64,000 nt of DNA from Eledone cirrhosa. Its lineage: Eukaryota. The first letter of the stretch is position 1, and each line of letters starts with the position of its first letter. Made by a program: the position numbers and the translations under genes. Under the pieces are notes generated by a model. It was not told the DNA's origin. It searched no databases and saw only the letters and a program-made list of their open reading frames with translations. Shown piece by piece: positions 46,270-58,396 of this stretch. The stretch spans positions 29,140,001-29,204,000 of the forward strand of contig OZ024745.1 in the NCBI GenBank assembly GCA_964016885.1, written 5' to 3'.

Positions 46270-49200
46270 AGTAACTTCTATATAAACTATAGTAACTTCT
46301 ATATAATCTATAGTAACATCTATATAAACTATAGTAACTTCTATATAAACTATGGTAACTTCTATATAAACTATAGTAATTTCTATATAAACTATAGTAA
46401 CTTCTATATAAATTATAGTAACTTCTATATAAACTATAGTAACATCTATATAAACTATAGTAACTTCTATATAAACTATGGTAACTTCTATATAAACTAT
46501 GCTCACTTCTATATAAACTATAGTAACTTCTATATAACCTATGGTAACTTCTATATAAACTATAGTAACTTCTATATAAACTATGGTAACTTCTATATAA
46601 ACTATGCTAACTGCTATATAAACTATAGTAACTGCTATATAAACTATAGTAACTTCTATATAAACTATAGTAACTTCTATATAAACTATAGTAACTTCTA
46701 TATAAACTATGCTCACTTCTATATAAACTATAGTAACTTCTATATAAACTATGGTAACTTCTATATAAACTATAGTAACTTCTATATAAACTATAGTAAC
46801 TTCTATATAAACTATAGTAACTTCTATATAAACTAGGGTAACTTCTATATAAACTATAGTAACTGCTATATAAACTATAGTAACTGCTATATAAACTATA
46901 GTAACTTCTATATAAACTATAGTAACTTCTATATAAACTATGCTAACTTCTATATAAACTATGGTAACTTCTATATAAACTATGCTAACTTCTATATAAA
47001 CTATAGTAACATCTATATAAACTATAGTAACTGCTATATAAATTATGGTAACTTCTATATAAACGATGGTAACTTCTATATAAACTATGCTAACTTCTAT
47101 ATAAACTATAGTAACTGCTATATAAACTATAGTAACTGCTATATAAACTATAGTAACTTCTATATAAACTATAGTAACTTCTATATAAACTATAGTAACT
47201 TCTATATAAACTATAGTAACTTCTAAAGAAACTATAGTAACATCTATATAAACTATAGTAACTTCTATATAAACTATGGTAACTTCTATATAAACTATGC
47301 TCACTTTTATATAAACTATAGTAACTTCTATATAAACTATGGTAACTTCTATATAAACTATAGTAACTTCTATATAAACTATAGTAACTGCTATATAAAC
47401 TATAGTAACTTCTATATACACTATGCTAACTGCTATATATACTATAGTAATTGCTATATAAACTATAGTAACTTCTATATAAACTATAGTAACTTCTATA
47501 TAAACTATAGTAACTTCTATATAAGCTATAGTAACTTCTATATAAACTATAGTAACTGCTATAGACACTATGCTAACTGCTATATAAACTATAGTAACTT
47601 CTATATAAACTATGGTAACTTCTATATAAACTATGCTAACTTCTATATAAACTATAGGAACTTCTATATAAACTATAGTAACTTCTATATAAAGTATAGT
47701 AACTTCTATATAAACTATGGTAACTTCTATATAAACTATAGTAACTTCTATATAAAATATAGTAACATCTATGTGAACTATAATAACTGCTATATAAACT
47801 ATAGTAACTGCTATATAAACTATTGTAACATCTATATAAACTATAGTAACTTCTATATAAACTATAGTAACATCTATATAAACTATAGTAACTGCTATAT
47901 AAACTATGCTAACTGCTATATAAACTATAGTAACATCTATATAAACTATAGTAACTTCTATATAAACTATGCTAACTTCTATATAAACTATGCTAACTTC
48001 TATATAAACTATAGGAACTTCTATATAAACTATAGTAACTTCTATATAAACTATAGTAACTTCTATATAAACTATAGTAACTACTATATAAACTATAGTA
48101 ACTTCTATATAAACTACAGTAACTTCTATATAAACTATGCTAACTGCTATATAAACTATAGTAACTGCTATATAAACTATAGTAGCTGCTATATAAACTA
48201 TAGTAACTTATATATAAACTATAGTAACTGCTATATATACTATAGTAACTTCTATATAAACTATGCTAACTGCTATATAAACTATAGTAACTGCTATATA
48301 AACTATAGTAACTGCTATATAAACTATAGTAACTTCTATATAAACTATAGTAACTGCAAGATAAACTATAGTAAGTGCTATATAAACTATAGTAACTTCT
48401 ATATAAACTATAGTAACTTCTATATAAACTATAGTAACTGCTATATAAACTATAGTAACTGCTATATAAACTATCGTAACTTCTATATAAACTATAGTAA
48501 CATTTATATAAACTATAGTAACTGCTATATAAATTATGGTAACTTCTATATAAACGATGGTAACTTCTATATAAACTATGCTAACTTCTATATAAACTAT
48601 AGTAACTGCTATATAAACTATAGTAACTGCTATATAAACTATAGTAACTTCTATATAAACTATAGTAACTTCTATATAAACTATAGTAACTGCTATATAA
48701 ACTATAGTAACTTCTATATAAACTATAGTAACTGCTATATAAACTATGGTAACTTCTATATAAACTATGCTAACTTCTATATAAACTATAGTAACTGCTA
48801 TATAAACTATAGTAACTGCTATATAAACTATAGTAACTGCTATATAAACTATAGTAACTTCTATATCAACTATAGTAACTTCTATATAAACTATAGTAAC
48901 TTCTATATACACTACAGTAACTTCTATATAAACTATAGTAACTTCTATATAAACTATGGTAACTTCTATATAAACTATGCTAACTTCTATATAAACTATA
49001 GTAACTTCTAGATAAACTATGGTAACTTCTATATACACTATAGTAACTTCTATATAAACTATAGTAACTGCTATATAAACTATAGTAACTTCTATATAAA
49101 CTATGCTAAATTCTATATAAACTATGCTAACTTCTATATAAACTATAGTAACTTCTATATAAACTATAGTAACATCTATATAAACTATAGTAACTTCTAT

Positions 49201-52200
49201 ATAAACTATGCTAACATCTATATAAACTATGGTAACTTCTATATAAACTATAGTAACGTCTATATAAACTATAGTAACTGCTATATAAACTATAGTAACT
49301 TCTATATAAACTATAGTAACTTCTATATAAACTATGGTAACTTCTATATAAACTATAGTAACTTCTATATAAACTATAGTAACTTCTATATAAACTATAG
49401 TAAATTCTATATAAACTATGCTAACTTCTATATAAACTATAGTAACTGCTATATAAACTATAGTAACTTCTATATAAACTATAGTAACTTCTATATAAAC
49501 TATAGTAACTTCTATATAAACTATGCTAACTTCTATATAAACTATGCTAACTTCTATATAAACTATAGTAACTTCTATATAAACTATGGTAACTTCTATA
49601 TGAACTATAGTAACTTCTATATAAACTATAGTAACATCTATATAAACTATAGTAACTTCTATATAAACTATAGTAGCTTCTATATAAACTATGCTAACTT
49701 CTATATAAACTATAGTAACATCAATTATAAACTATGCTAACTTCTATATAAACTATAGTAACATCTATATAAACTATAGTAACTTCTATATAAACTATGC
49801 TAACTTCTATATAAACTATAGTAACTTCTATATAAACTATAGTAACTGCTATATAAACTATAGTATCTTCTATATAAACTATAGTAACTTCTATATAAAC
49901 TATAGTAACATCTATATAAACTATAGTAACTGCTATATCAACTATGCTAACTGCTATATAAACTATAGTAACATCTATATAAACTATAGTAACTGCTATA
50001 TAAACTATGCTAACTTCTATATAAACTATAGTAACTGCTATATAAACTATAGTAACTTCTATATAAACTATAGTATCTTCTATATAAACTATAGTAACTT
50101 CTATATAAACTATAGTAACATCTATATAAACTATAGTAACTGCTATATCAACTATGCTAACTGCTATATAAACTATAGTAACATCTATATAAACTATAGT
50201 AACTGCTATATAAACTATGCTAACTTCTATATAAACTATAGTAACTTCTATATAAAGTATAGTAACTTCTATATAAACTATAGCAACTGCTATATAAGCT
50301 ATAGTAACTTCTATATAAACTATAGTAACTTCTATATAAACTATAGTAACTTCTATATTAACTATGCTAACTTCTATATAAACTATGCTAACTTCTATAT
50401 AAACTATGGTAACTTCTATATAAACTATAGTAACTTCTATATAAACTATAGTAACTGCTATATAAACTATAGTAACTGCTATATAAACTATAGTAACTTC
50501 TATATAAACTATAGTAAATTCTATATAAACTATGGTAACTTCTATATAAACTATAGTAACTTCTATATAAACTATAGTAACTTCTATATAAACTATGGTA
50601 ACTTCTATATAAACTATAGTAACTGCTATATAAACTATGCTAACTTCTATATAAACTATAGTAACTTCTATATAAACTATGCTAACTTCTATATAAACTA
50701 TGCTAACTTCTATATAAACTATAGTAACTTCTATATAAACTATGCTAACTTCTATATAAACTATGCTAACTTCTATATAAACTATGCTAACTTCTATATA
50801 GACTATGCTAACTTCTATATAAACTATGGTAACTTCTATATAAACTATGCTAACTTCTATATAAACTATGCTAACTTCTATATAGACTATGCTAACTTCT
50901 ATATAAACTATGCTAACTTCTATATAAACTATGCTAACTTCTATATAAACTATGGTAACTTCTATATAAACTATGCTAACTTCTATATAAACTATGCTAA
51001 CTTCTATATAAACTATGGTAACTTCTATATAAACTATAGTAACTTCTATATAAACTATGCTAACATCTATATAAACTATAGTAACTTCTATATAAACTAT
51101 AGTAACTTCTATATAAACTATGCTAACTTCTATATAAACTATGCTAACTTCTATATAAACTATGCTAACTTCTATATAAACTATGCTAACTTCTATATAA
51201 ACTATGCTAACTTCTATATAAATTATAGTAACTTCTATATAAACTATGCTAACTTCTATATAAACTATGCTAACTTCTATATAAACTATGGTAACTTCTA
51301 TATAAACTATGCTAACTTCTATATAAACTATAGTAACTTCTATATAAACTATGCTAACTTCTATATAAACTATGCTAACTTCTATATAAATTATATGAAC
51401 TTCTATATAAACTACAGTAACTGCTATATAAACTATAGTAACTTCTATATAAACTACAGTAACTTCTATATAAACTATAGTAACTTCTATATAAACTATA
51501 GTAACTTCTATATAAACTACAGTAACTTCTATATAAACTATGCTAACTGCTATATAAACTATAGTAACTGCTATATAAACTATAGTAACTTCTATATAAA
51601 CTATAGTAACTGCTATATATACTATAGTAACTTCTATATAAACTATGCTAACTGCTATATAAACTATAGTAACTGCTATATAAACTATAGTACCTGCTAT
51701 ATAAACTATAGTAACTTCTATATAAACTACAGTAACTGCAAGATAAACTATAGTAAGTGCTATATAAACTATAGTAACATCTATATAAACTATAGTAACT
51801 GCTATATAAACTATAGTAACTGCTATATAAACTATAGTAACTTCTATATAAACTATAGGAACGTCTATATAAACTATAGTAACTTCTATATAAACTACAG
51901 TAACTTCTATATAAACTATAGTAACTTCTATATAAACTATAGTAACTTCTATAATAAACTATAGTAACTTCTATATAAACTATAGTAACTTCTATATAAA
52001 CTATAGTAACTTCTATATAAACTATTGTAACTGCTATATAAACTATAGTAACTTCTATATAAACTATAGTAACTTCTATATAAACTATAGTAACATCTAT
52101 ATAAACTATAGTAACTGCTATATAAATTATGGTAACTTCTATATAAACTATGGTAACTTCTATATAAACTATGCTAACTTCTATATAAACTATAGTAACT

Positions 52201-53290
52201 GCTATATAAACTATGGTAACTTCTATATAAACTATGCTAACTTCTATATAAACTATAGTAACTTCTATATAAACTATGGTAACTTCTATATAAACTATAG
52301 TAACTTCTATATAAACTATAGTAACTCCTATATAAACTATAGTAACTTCTATATAAACTATAGTAACTTCTATATAAACTATTCTAACTTCTATATAAAC
52401 TATGGTAACTTCTATATAAACTATAGTAACTTCTATATAAACTATAGTAACTGCTATATAAACTATAGGAACTTCTATATAAACTATAGTAACTTCTATA
52501 TAAAGTATAGTAACTTCTATATAAACTATAGTTACTTCTATATAAACTATAGTAACTACTATATAAACTATAGTAACCTCTATATAAACTATAGTAACTG
52601 CTATAAAAACTATAGTAACTTCTATATAAATTATAGTAACTTCTATATAAACTATGGTAACTTCTATATAAACTATGCTCACTTCTATATAAACTATAGG
52701 AACTTCTATATAAACTATAGTAACTTCTATATAAACTATAGTAACATCTATATAAACTATAGTAACTTCTATATAAACTATAGTAACTTCTATATAAACT
52801 ATGCTAACTTCTATATAAACTATGCTAACTTCTATATAAACTATAGTAACTTCTATATAAACTATGGTAACTTCTATATAAACTATGGTAACTTCTATAT
52901 AAACTAAGCTAACTTCTATATAAACTATAGTAACTTCTATATAAACTATAGTAACTTCTATATAAACTATAGTAACTGCTATATAAACTATAGTAACTTC
53001 TATATAAACTATGCTAACTTCTATATAAACTAGGGTAACTGCTATATAAACTATAAGAACTTCTATATAAACTATAGTAACTACTATATAAACTATAGTA
53101 ACTTCTATATAAACTATAGGAACTGCTATATAAACTATGGTAACTTCTATATAAACTATAGTAACTGCTATATAAATTATAGTAACTTCTATATAAACTA
53201 TAGTAACTTCTATATAAACTATGCTAACTGCTATATATACTATAGTAATTGCTATATAAACTATAGTAACTTCTATATAAACTATAGTAA
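46270..53290. repeat. Non-adjacent second copy of satellite block about 25470-34840, lacking the 2,121-bp duplication
   Basis: Shared rare variants: TATAATCTA near 25500/46307 and pseudo-ORF 26966/47773 (+20,807); CATCAATTATAAAC near 31015/49720; AATAAA insertion monomer at 33519/51953 and CAAGATA at 33305/51739 (+18,434). Confidence 0.88.
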
Positions 53291-56200
53291 CTTCTATATA
53301 AACTATGGTAACTTCTATATAAACTATAGTAACTTCTATATAAACTACAGTAACATCTATATGAACTATAGTAACTGCTACATCAACTATGCTAACTTCT
53401 ATATAAACTATAGTAACTACTATATAAACTATAGTAACTTCTATATAAACTACAGTAACTTCTATATAAACTATAGGAACTGCTATATAAACTATGGTAA
53501 CTTCTATATAAACTATAGTAACTGCTATATAAATTATAGTAACTTCTATATAAACTATAGTAACTTCTATATAAACTATGCTAACTGCTATATATACTAT
53601 AGTAATTGCTATATAAACTATAGTAACTTCTATATAAACTATAGTAACTTCTATATAAATTATAGTAACTTCTATATAAACTATAGTAACTGCTATATAA
53701 ACTATGCTAAATGCTATATAAACTATAGTAACATCTATATAAACTATAGTAACTTCTATATAAACTATAGTAACTGCTATATAAACTATAGTAACATCTA
53801 TATCAACTATAGTAACATCTATATAAACTATAGTAACTTCTATATAAACTATAGTTACTGCTATATAAACTATAGTAACATCTATATAAACTATAGTAAC
53901 TGCTATATAAACTATAGTAACTGCTATATAACCTATAGTAACTTCTATATAAACTATAGTAGCTTCTATATAAACTATAGTAACTTCTATATAAACTATA
54001 GTAACTGCTATATAAACTATAGTAACTTCTATATAAACTATGCTAACTTCTATATAAACTATAGTAACTTCTATATAAACTATAGTACTTGCTATATAAA
54101 CTATAGTAACATCTATATAAACTATAGTAACTGTTATATAAACTATGCTAACTTCTATATAAACTATAGTAACTTCTATATAAATTTTAGTAACTTCTAT
54201 ATAAATTATAGTAACTTCTATATAAACTATAGTAACATCTATATAAACTATAGTAACTTCTATATAAACTATAGTAACTTTTATATAAACTATGCTAACT
54301 TCTATATAAACTATAGTAACATCTACATAAACTATAGTAACTGCTATATAAACTATGCTAACTTCTATATAAACTATAGTATCTTCTATATAAACTATAG
54401 TAACTTCTATATAAACTATAGTAACTGCTATATCAACTATGCTAACTTCTATATATACTATAGTAACTTCTATATAAACTATAGTAACTTCTATATAAAC
54501 TATAGTAACTGCTATATAAACTATAGTAACTTCTATATAAACTATAGTAACTTCTATATAAACTATAGTAACTGCTATATACACTATGCTAACTGCTATA
54601 TAAACTATAGTAACTTCTATATAAACTATGGTAACTTCTATATACACTATGCTAACTTCTATATACACTATGCTAACTTCTATATAAACTATAGGAACTT
54701 CTATATAAACTATAGTAACTTCTATATAAAGTATAGTAACTTCTATATAAACTATGGTAACTTCTATATAAACTATAGTAACTTCTATATAAACTATAGT
54801 AACATCTATATGAACTATAGTAACTGCTACATCAACTATGCTAACTTCTATATAAACTATAGTAACTTCTATATAAACTATGGTAACTTCTATATAAACT
54901 ATAGTAACTTTTATATAAACTATGCTAACTTCTATATAAACTATAGTAACATCTATATAAACTATAGTAACTGCTATATAAACTATGCTAACTTCTATAT
55001 AAACTATAGTAACTGCTATATAAATTATAGTAACTTCTATATAAACTATAGTAACTTCTTTATAAACTATAGTAACATCTATATAAACTATGCTAACTTC
55101 TATATAAACTATGCTAACTTCTATATAAACTATAGGAACTTCTATATAAACTATAGTAACTTCTATATAAAGTATAGTAACTTCTATATAAACTATAGTA
55201 ACTTCTATATAAACTATAGTAACTACTATATAAACTATAGTAACATCTATATAAACTATAGTAACTTCTATATAAACTATAGTAACTACTATATAAACTA
55301 TAAGAACTTCTATATAAACTATAGTAACTACTATATAAACTATAGTAACTTCTATATAAACTACAGTAACTTCTATATAAACTATAGGAACTGCTATATA
55401 AACTATGGTAACTTCTATATAAACTATAGTAACTGCTATATAAATTATAGTAACTTCTATATAAACTATAGTAACTTCTATATAAACTATGCTAACTGCT
55501 ATATATACTATAGTAATTGCTATATAAACTATAGTAACTTCTATATAAACTATAGTAACTTCTATGTAAACTATAGTAACTGCTATATATACCATAGTAA
55601 CTGCTATATAAACTATAGTAACTTCTATATAAACTATAGTAACTTCTATATAAATTATAGTAACTTCTATATAAACTATAGTAACTGCTATATAAACTAT
55701 GCTAAATGCTATATAAACTATAGTAACATCTATATAAACTATAGTTACTGCTATATAAACTATAGTAACATCTATATAAACTATAGTAACTTCAATATAA
55801 ACTATAGTAACTGCTATATAAACTATAGTAACATCTATATCAACTATAGTAACATCTATATAAACTATAGTAACTTCTATATAAACTATAGTTACTGCTA
55901 TATAAACTATAGTAACATCTATATAAACTATAGTAACTGCTATATAAACTATAGTAACTGCTATATAACCTATAGTAACTTCTATATAAACTATAGTAGC
56001 TTCTATATAAACTATAGTAACTTCTATATAAACTATAGTAACTGCTATATAAACTATAGTAACTTCTATATAAACTATGCTAACTTCTATATAAACTATA
56101 GTAACTTCTATATAAACTATAGTAACTGTTATATAAACTATAGTAACTTCTATATAAACTATAGTAACATCTATATAAACTATAGTAACTTCTATATAAA

Positions 56201-57637
56201 CTATAGTACTTGCTATATAAACTATAGTAACATCTATATGAACTATAGTAACATCTATATAAACTATAGTAACTGTTATATAAACTATGCTAACTTCTAT
56301 ATAAACTACAGTAACTTCTATATAAATTTTAGTAACTTCTATATAAATTATAGTAACTTCTATATAAACTATTGTAACATCTATATAAACTATAGTAACT
56401 TCTATATAAACTATAGTAACTTTTATATAAACTATGCTAACTTCTATATAAACTATAGTAACATCTACATAAACTATAGTAACTGCTATATAAACTATGC
56501 TAACTTCTATATAAACTATAGTATCTTCTATATAAACTATAGTAACTTCTATATAAACTATAGTAACTGCTATATCAACTATGCTAACTTCTATATATAC
56601 TATAGTAACTTCTATATAAACTATAGTAACTTCTATATAAACTATAGTAACTGCTATATAAACTATAGTAACTTCTATATAAACTATAGTAACTTCTATA
56701 TAAACTATAGTAACTGCTATTTACACTATGCTAACTGCTATATAAACTATAGTAACTTCTATATAAACTATGGTAACTTCTATATAAACTATGCTAACTT
56801 CTATATAAACTATAGGAACTTCTATATAAACTATAGTAACTTCTATATAAACTATAGTAACTGCTATTTACACTATGCTAACTGCTATATAAACTATAGT
56901 AACTTCTATATAAACTATGGTAACTTCTATATAAACTATGCTAACTTCTATATAAACTATAGGAACTTCTATATAAACTATGCTAACTTCTATATAAACT
57001 ATAGTAACATCTATATGAATTATAGTAACTGCTACATCAACTATGCTAACTTCCATATAAACTATAGTAACTTCTATATAAACTATGGTAACTTCTATAT
57101 AAACTATAGTAACTTTTATATAAACTATGCTAACTTCTATATAAACTATAGTAACATCTATATAAACTATAGTAACTGCTATATAAACTATGCTAACTTC
57201 TATATAAACTATAGTAACTGCTATATAAACTATAGTAACTTCTATATAAACTATAGTATCTTCTATATAAACTATAGTAACTTCTATATAAACTATAGTA
57301 ACTGCTATATCAACTATGCTAACTTCTATATATACTATAGTAACTTCTATATAAACTATAGTAACTTCTATATAAACTATAGTAACTGCTATATAAACTA
57401 TAGCAACTTCTATATAAACTATAGTAACTTCTATATAAACTATAGTAACTGCTATATACACTATAGGAACAGCTATATAAACTATGGTAACTTCTATATA
57501 AACTATAGTAACTGCTATATAAATTATAGTAACTTCTATATAAACTATGGTAACCTGTAATGATGACATTCTACAAAGAATTCAGTATGTTCTGTGTCAG
57601 TATTCAGTTTTCATTGTCATCATTCCTTGCTTTCCAG

Positions 57638-57806
57638 GTGCAATAGTCAGGGAACAAAGAAGGCTGTTGGAAGTTTTGCAAAGAATTTTGGCCGTTCTTT
57701 ATTAGCTGATTTCTCTGATCATTACCTCTCTGACTTTGTATTACATGGGACATCAAGCTCACAGTTTCATCGCAAGATGAACAAAGACCTACAACAAGCA
57801 GTTCAG
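57638..57806 (+). CDS. FNIP: Folliculin-interacting protein (FNIP1/2-like), internal coding exon A, first visible exon
   Basis: Acceptor TTCCTTGCTTTCCAG|G, donor CAG|GTAATA, 169 nt (1 nt + 56 codons). Encodes CNSQGTKKAVGSFAKNFGRSLLADFSDHYLSDFVLHGTSSSQFHRKMNKDLQQAVQ, matching the recalled FNIP C-terminal motif NFGRSLLGGY...PDFVLQG...DLSHAVQ. Confidence 0.93.
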
Positions 57807-58110
57807 GTAATAACTAGTGTTTGGTAACTAGTGTTTAATTCCTAATGTGTGATAGCTAGAGTTTGATAACTACTGTAATTACTTTGTAATAACTAGTGTG
57901 TAATAACTAGTGTGTAATAACTAGTGTTTAAAAACTAGTCTGTAATAACTAGTATGTGATAACTAGTGTTTAATAAGGAGTGTGTAATAACTAGTGTTTA
58001 ATAACTAGTCTGTAATAACTAGTGTTTAATAAGGAGTGTGTAATAACTAGTCTGTAATAACTAGTATGTGATAACTAGTGTTTAATAACTAGTGTGTGAT
58101 AACTACTATA
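57807..58110. repeat. 14-bp minisatellite (GTAATAACTAGTGT)n, about 21 degenerate copies
   Basis: Units such as GTAATAACTAGTGT, TTAATAACTAGTCT, GTGATAACTAGTGT, TTAATAAGGAGTGT. The first unit begins at the GT of the exon A donor. Confidence 0.95.
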
Positions 58111-58117
58111 TAATTAC

Positions 58118-58396
58118 TGTCAATTCTAATATCAATGGAAATGAGACTCTCAAGATAGAACCGTTGCACAGCATTCAGCTTGGCCTGCTTGATGGAAATA
58201 TTTAGTGGATGGTATACATTCTAGGGATGTGACAGGTGGAGGACTTCAAGCCTTCTTCAAGCTGACTTCTAGGCCAAAAACGGTCGGAAGCATGGCTCTT
58301 TCAGTGTGTGTGACAAGTGTGGTAGCGCCAGCAGCTCCAGAATCAGTTTTTCTGTGGTAGACTCCCAGAATTTGATGTAGACAACCTCTTGTCCTT
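58118..58396 (-). mobile_element. Decayed RTE-clade LINE, inverted 5' segment (late reverse-transcriptase domain)
   Basis: With frameshifts the minus strand reads EVVYIKF..TTEKLILELL / TTLVTHTERAM..FGLEVSLKK / EVLHLSHP*NVYHPLNISIKQAKLNAVQRFYLESLISIDIRID. This resembles recalled RTE ORF motifs (GVYI, ELLFADD, FGLxISLKKTEVL, FTYLGSxIS..ID). The FADD motif is deleted. Confidence 0.85.

Larger units (their letters stand above)
1..57554. repeat. 21-bp tandem satellite array, consensus CTATATAAACTATAGTAACTT, about 2,740 monomers, truncated by the left window edge
   Basis: Continuous 21-bp periodicity. Consensus is 9A/8T/3C/1G (19% GC, no CpG). Common variants: TAG>TGG or TGC in ACTATAGT, and CTT>CTG or CAT. 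Register is kept exactly from 1 to about 31015 and is net -2 at 57541. Ends abruptly at ...ACTATGGTAAC|CTGTAATGATG. Confidence 0.99.

Noticed and set aside
1-57554. CRISPR array or diversity-generating cassette array
   Set aside because: There are no unique spacers, monomers are directly adjacent, no cas or intact RT gene is present, and the context is a spliced animal gene.
1-57554. Telomeric or centromeric array
   Set aside because: It is not a G-rich telomere-type unit. Centromere function cannot be inferred from sequence; dyad symmetry and higher-order structure are only suggestive, and the array abuts a coding exon. CENP-A ChIP would be needed.
1-57554. MEF2 or forkhead binding-site array
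   Set aside because: CTATATAAAC does not fit YTAW4TAR, and ATAAACT misses the last base of RYAAAYA.
4490-57569. Giant ORFs (up to 5,109 aa) of (IVYIEVT)n and (YINYSNF)n as protein-coding genes
   Set aside because: A 21-bp unit with a stop-free frame produces these automatically. The starts are sporadic point variants (many GTG/TTG), and there are no unique domains, termini or splice structure. Kept only as a speculative finding.
57594-57827. 77-aa standalone ORF, and likewise the 104-aa ORF at 59781-60095
   Set aside because: These are FNIP exons A and C read through into flanking intron; splice sites define the true limits.
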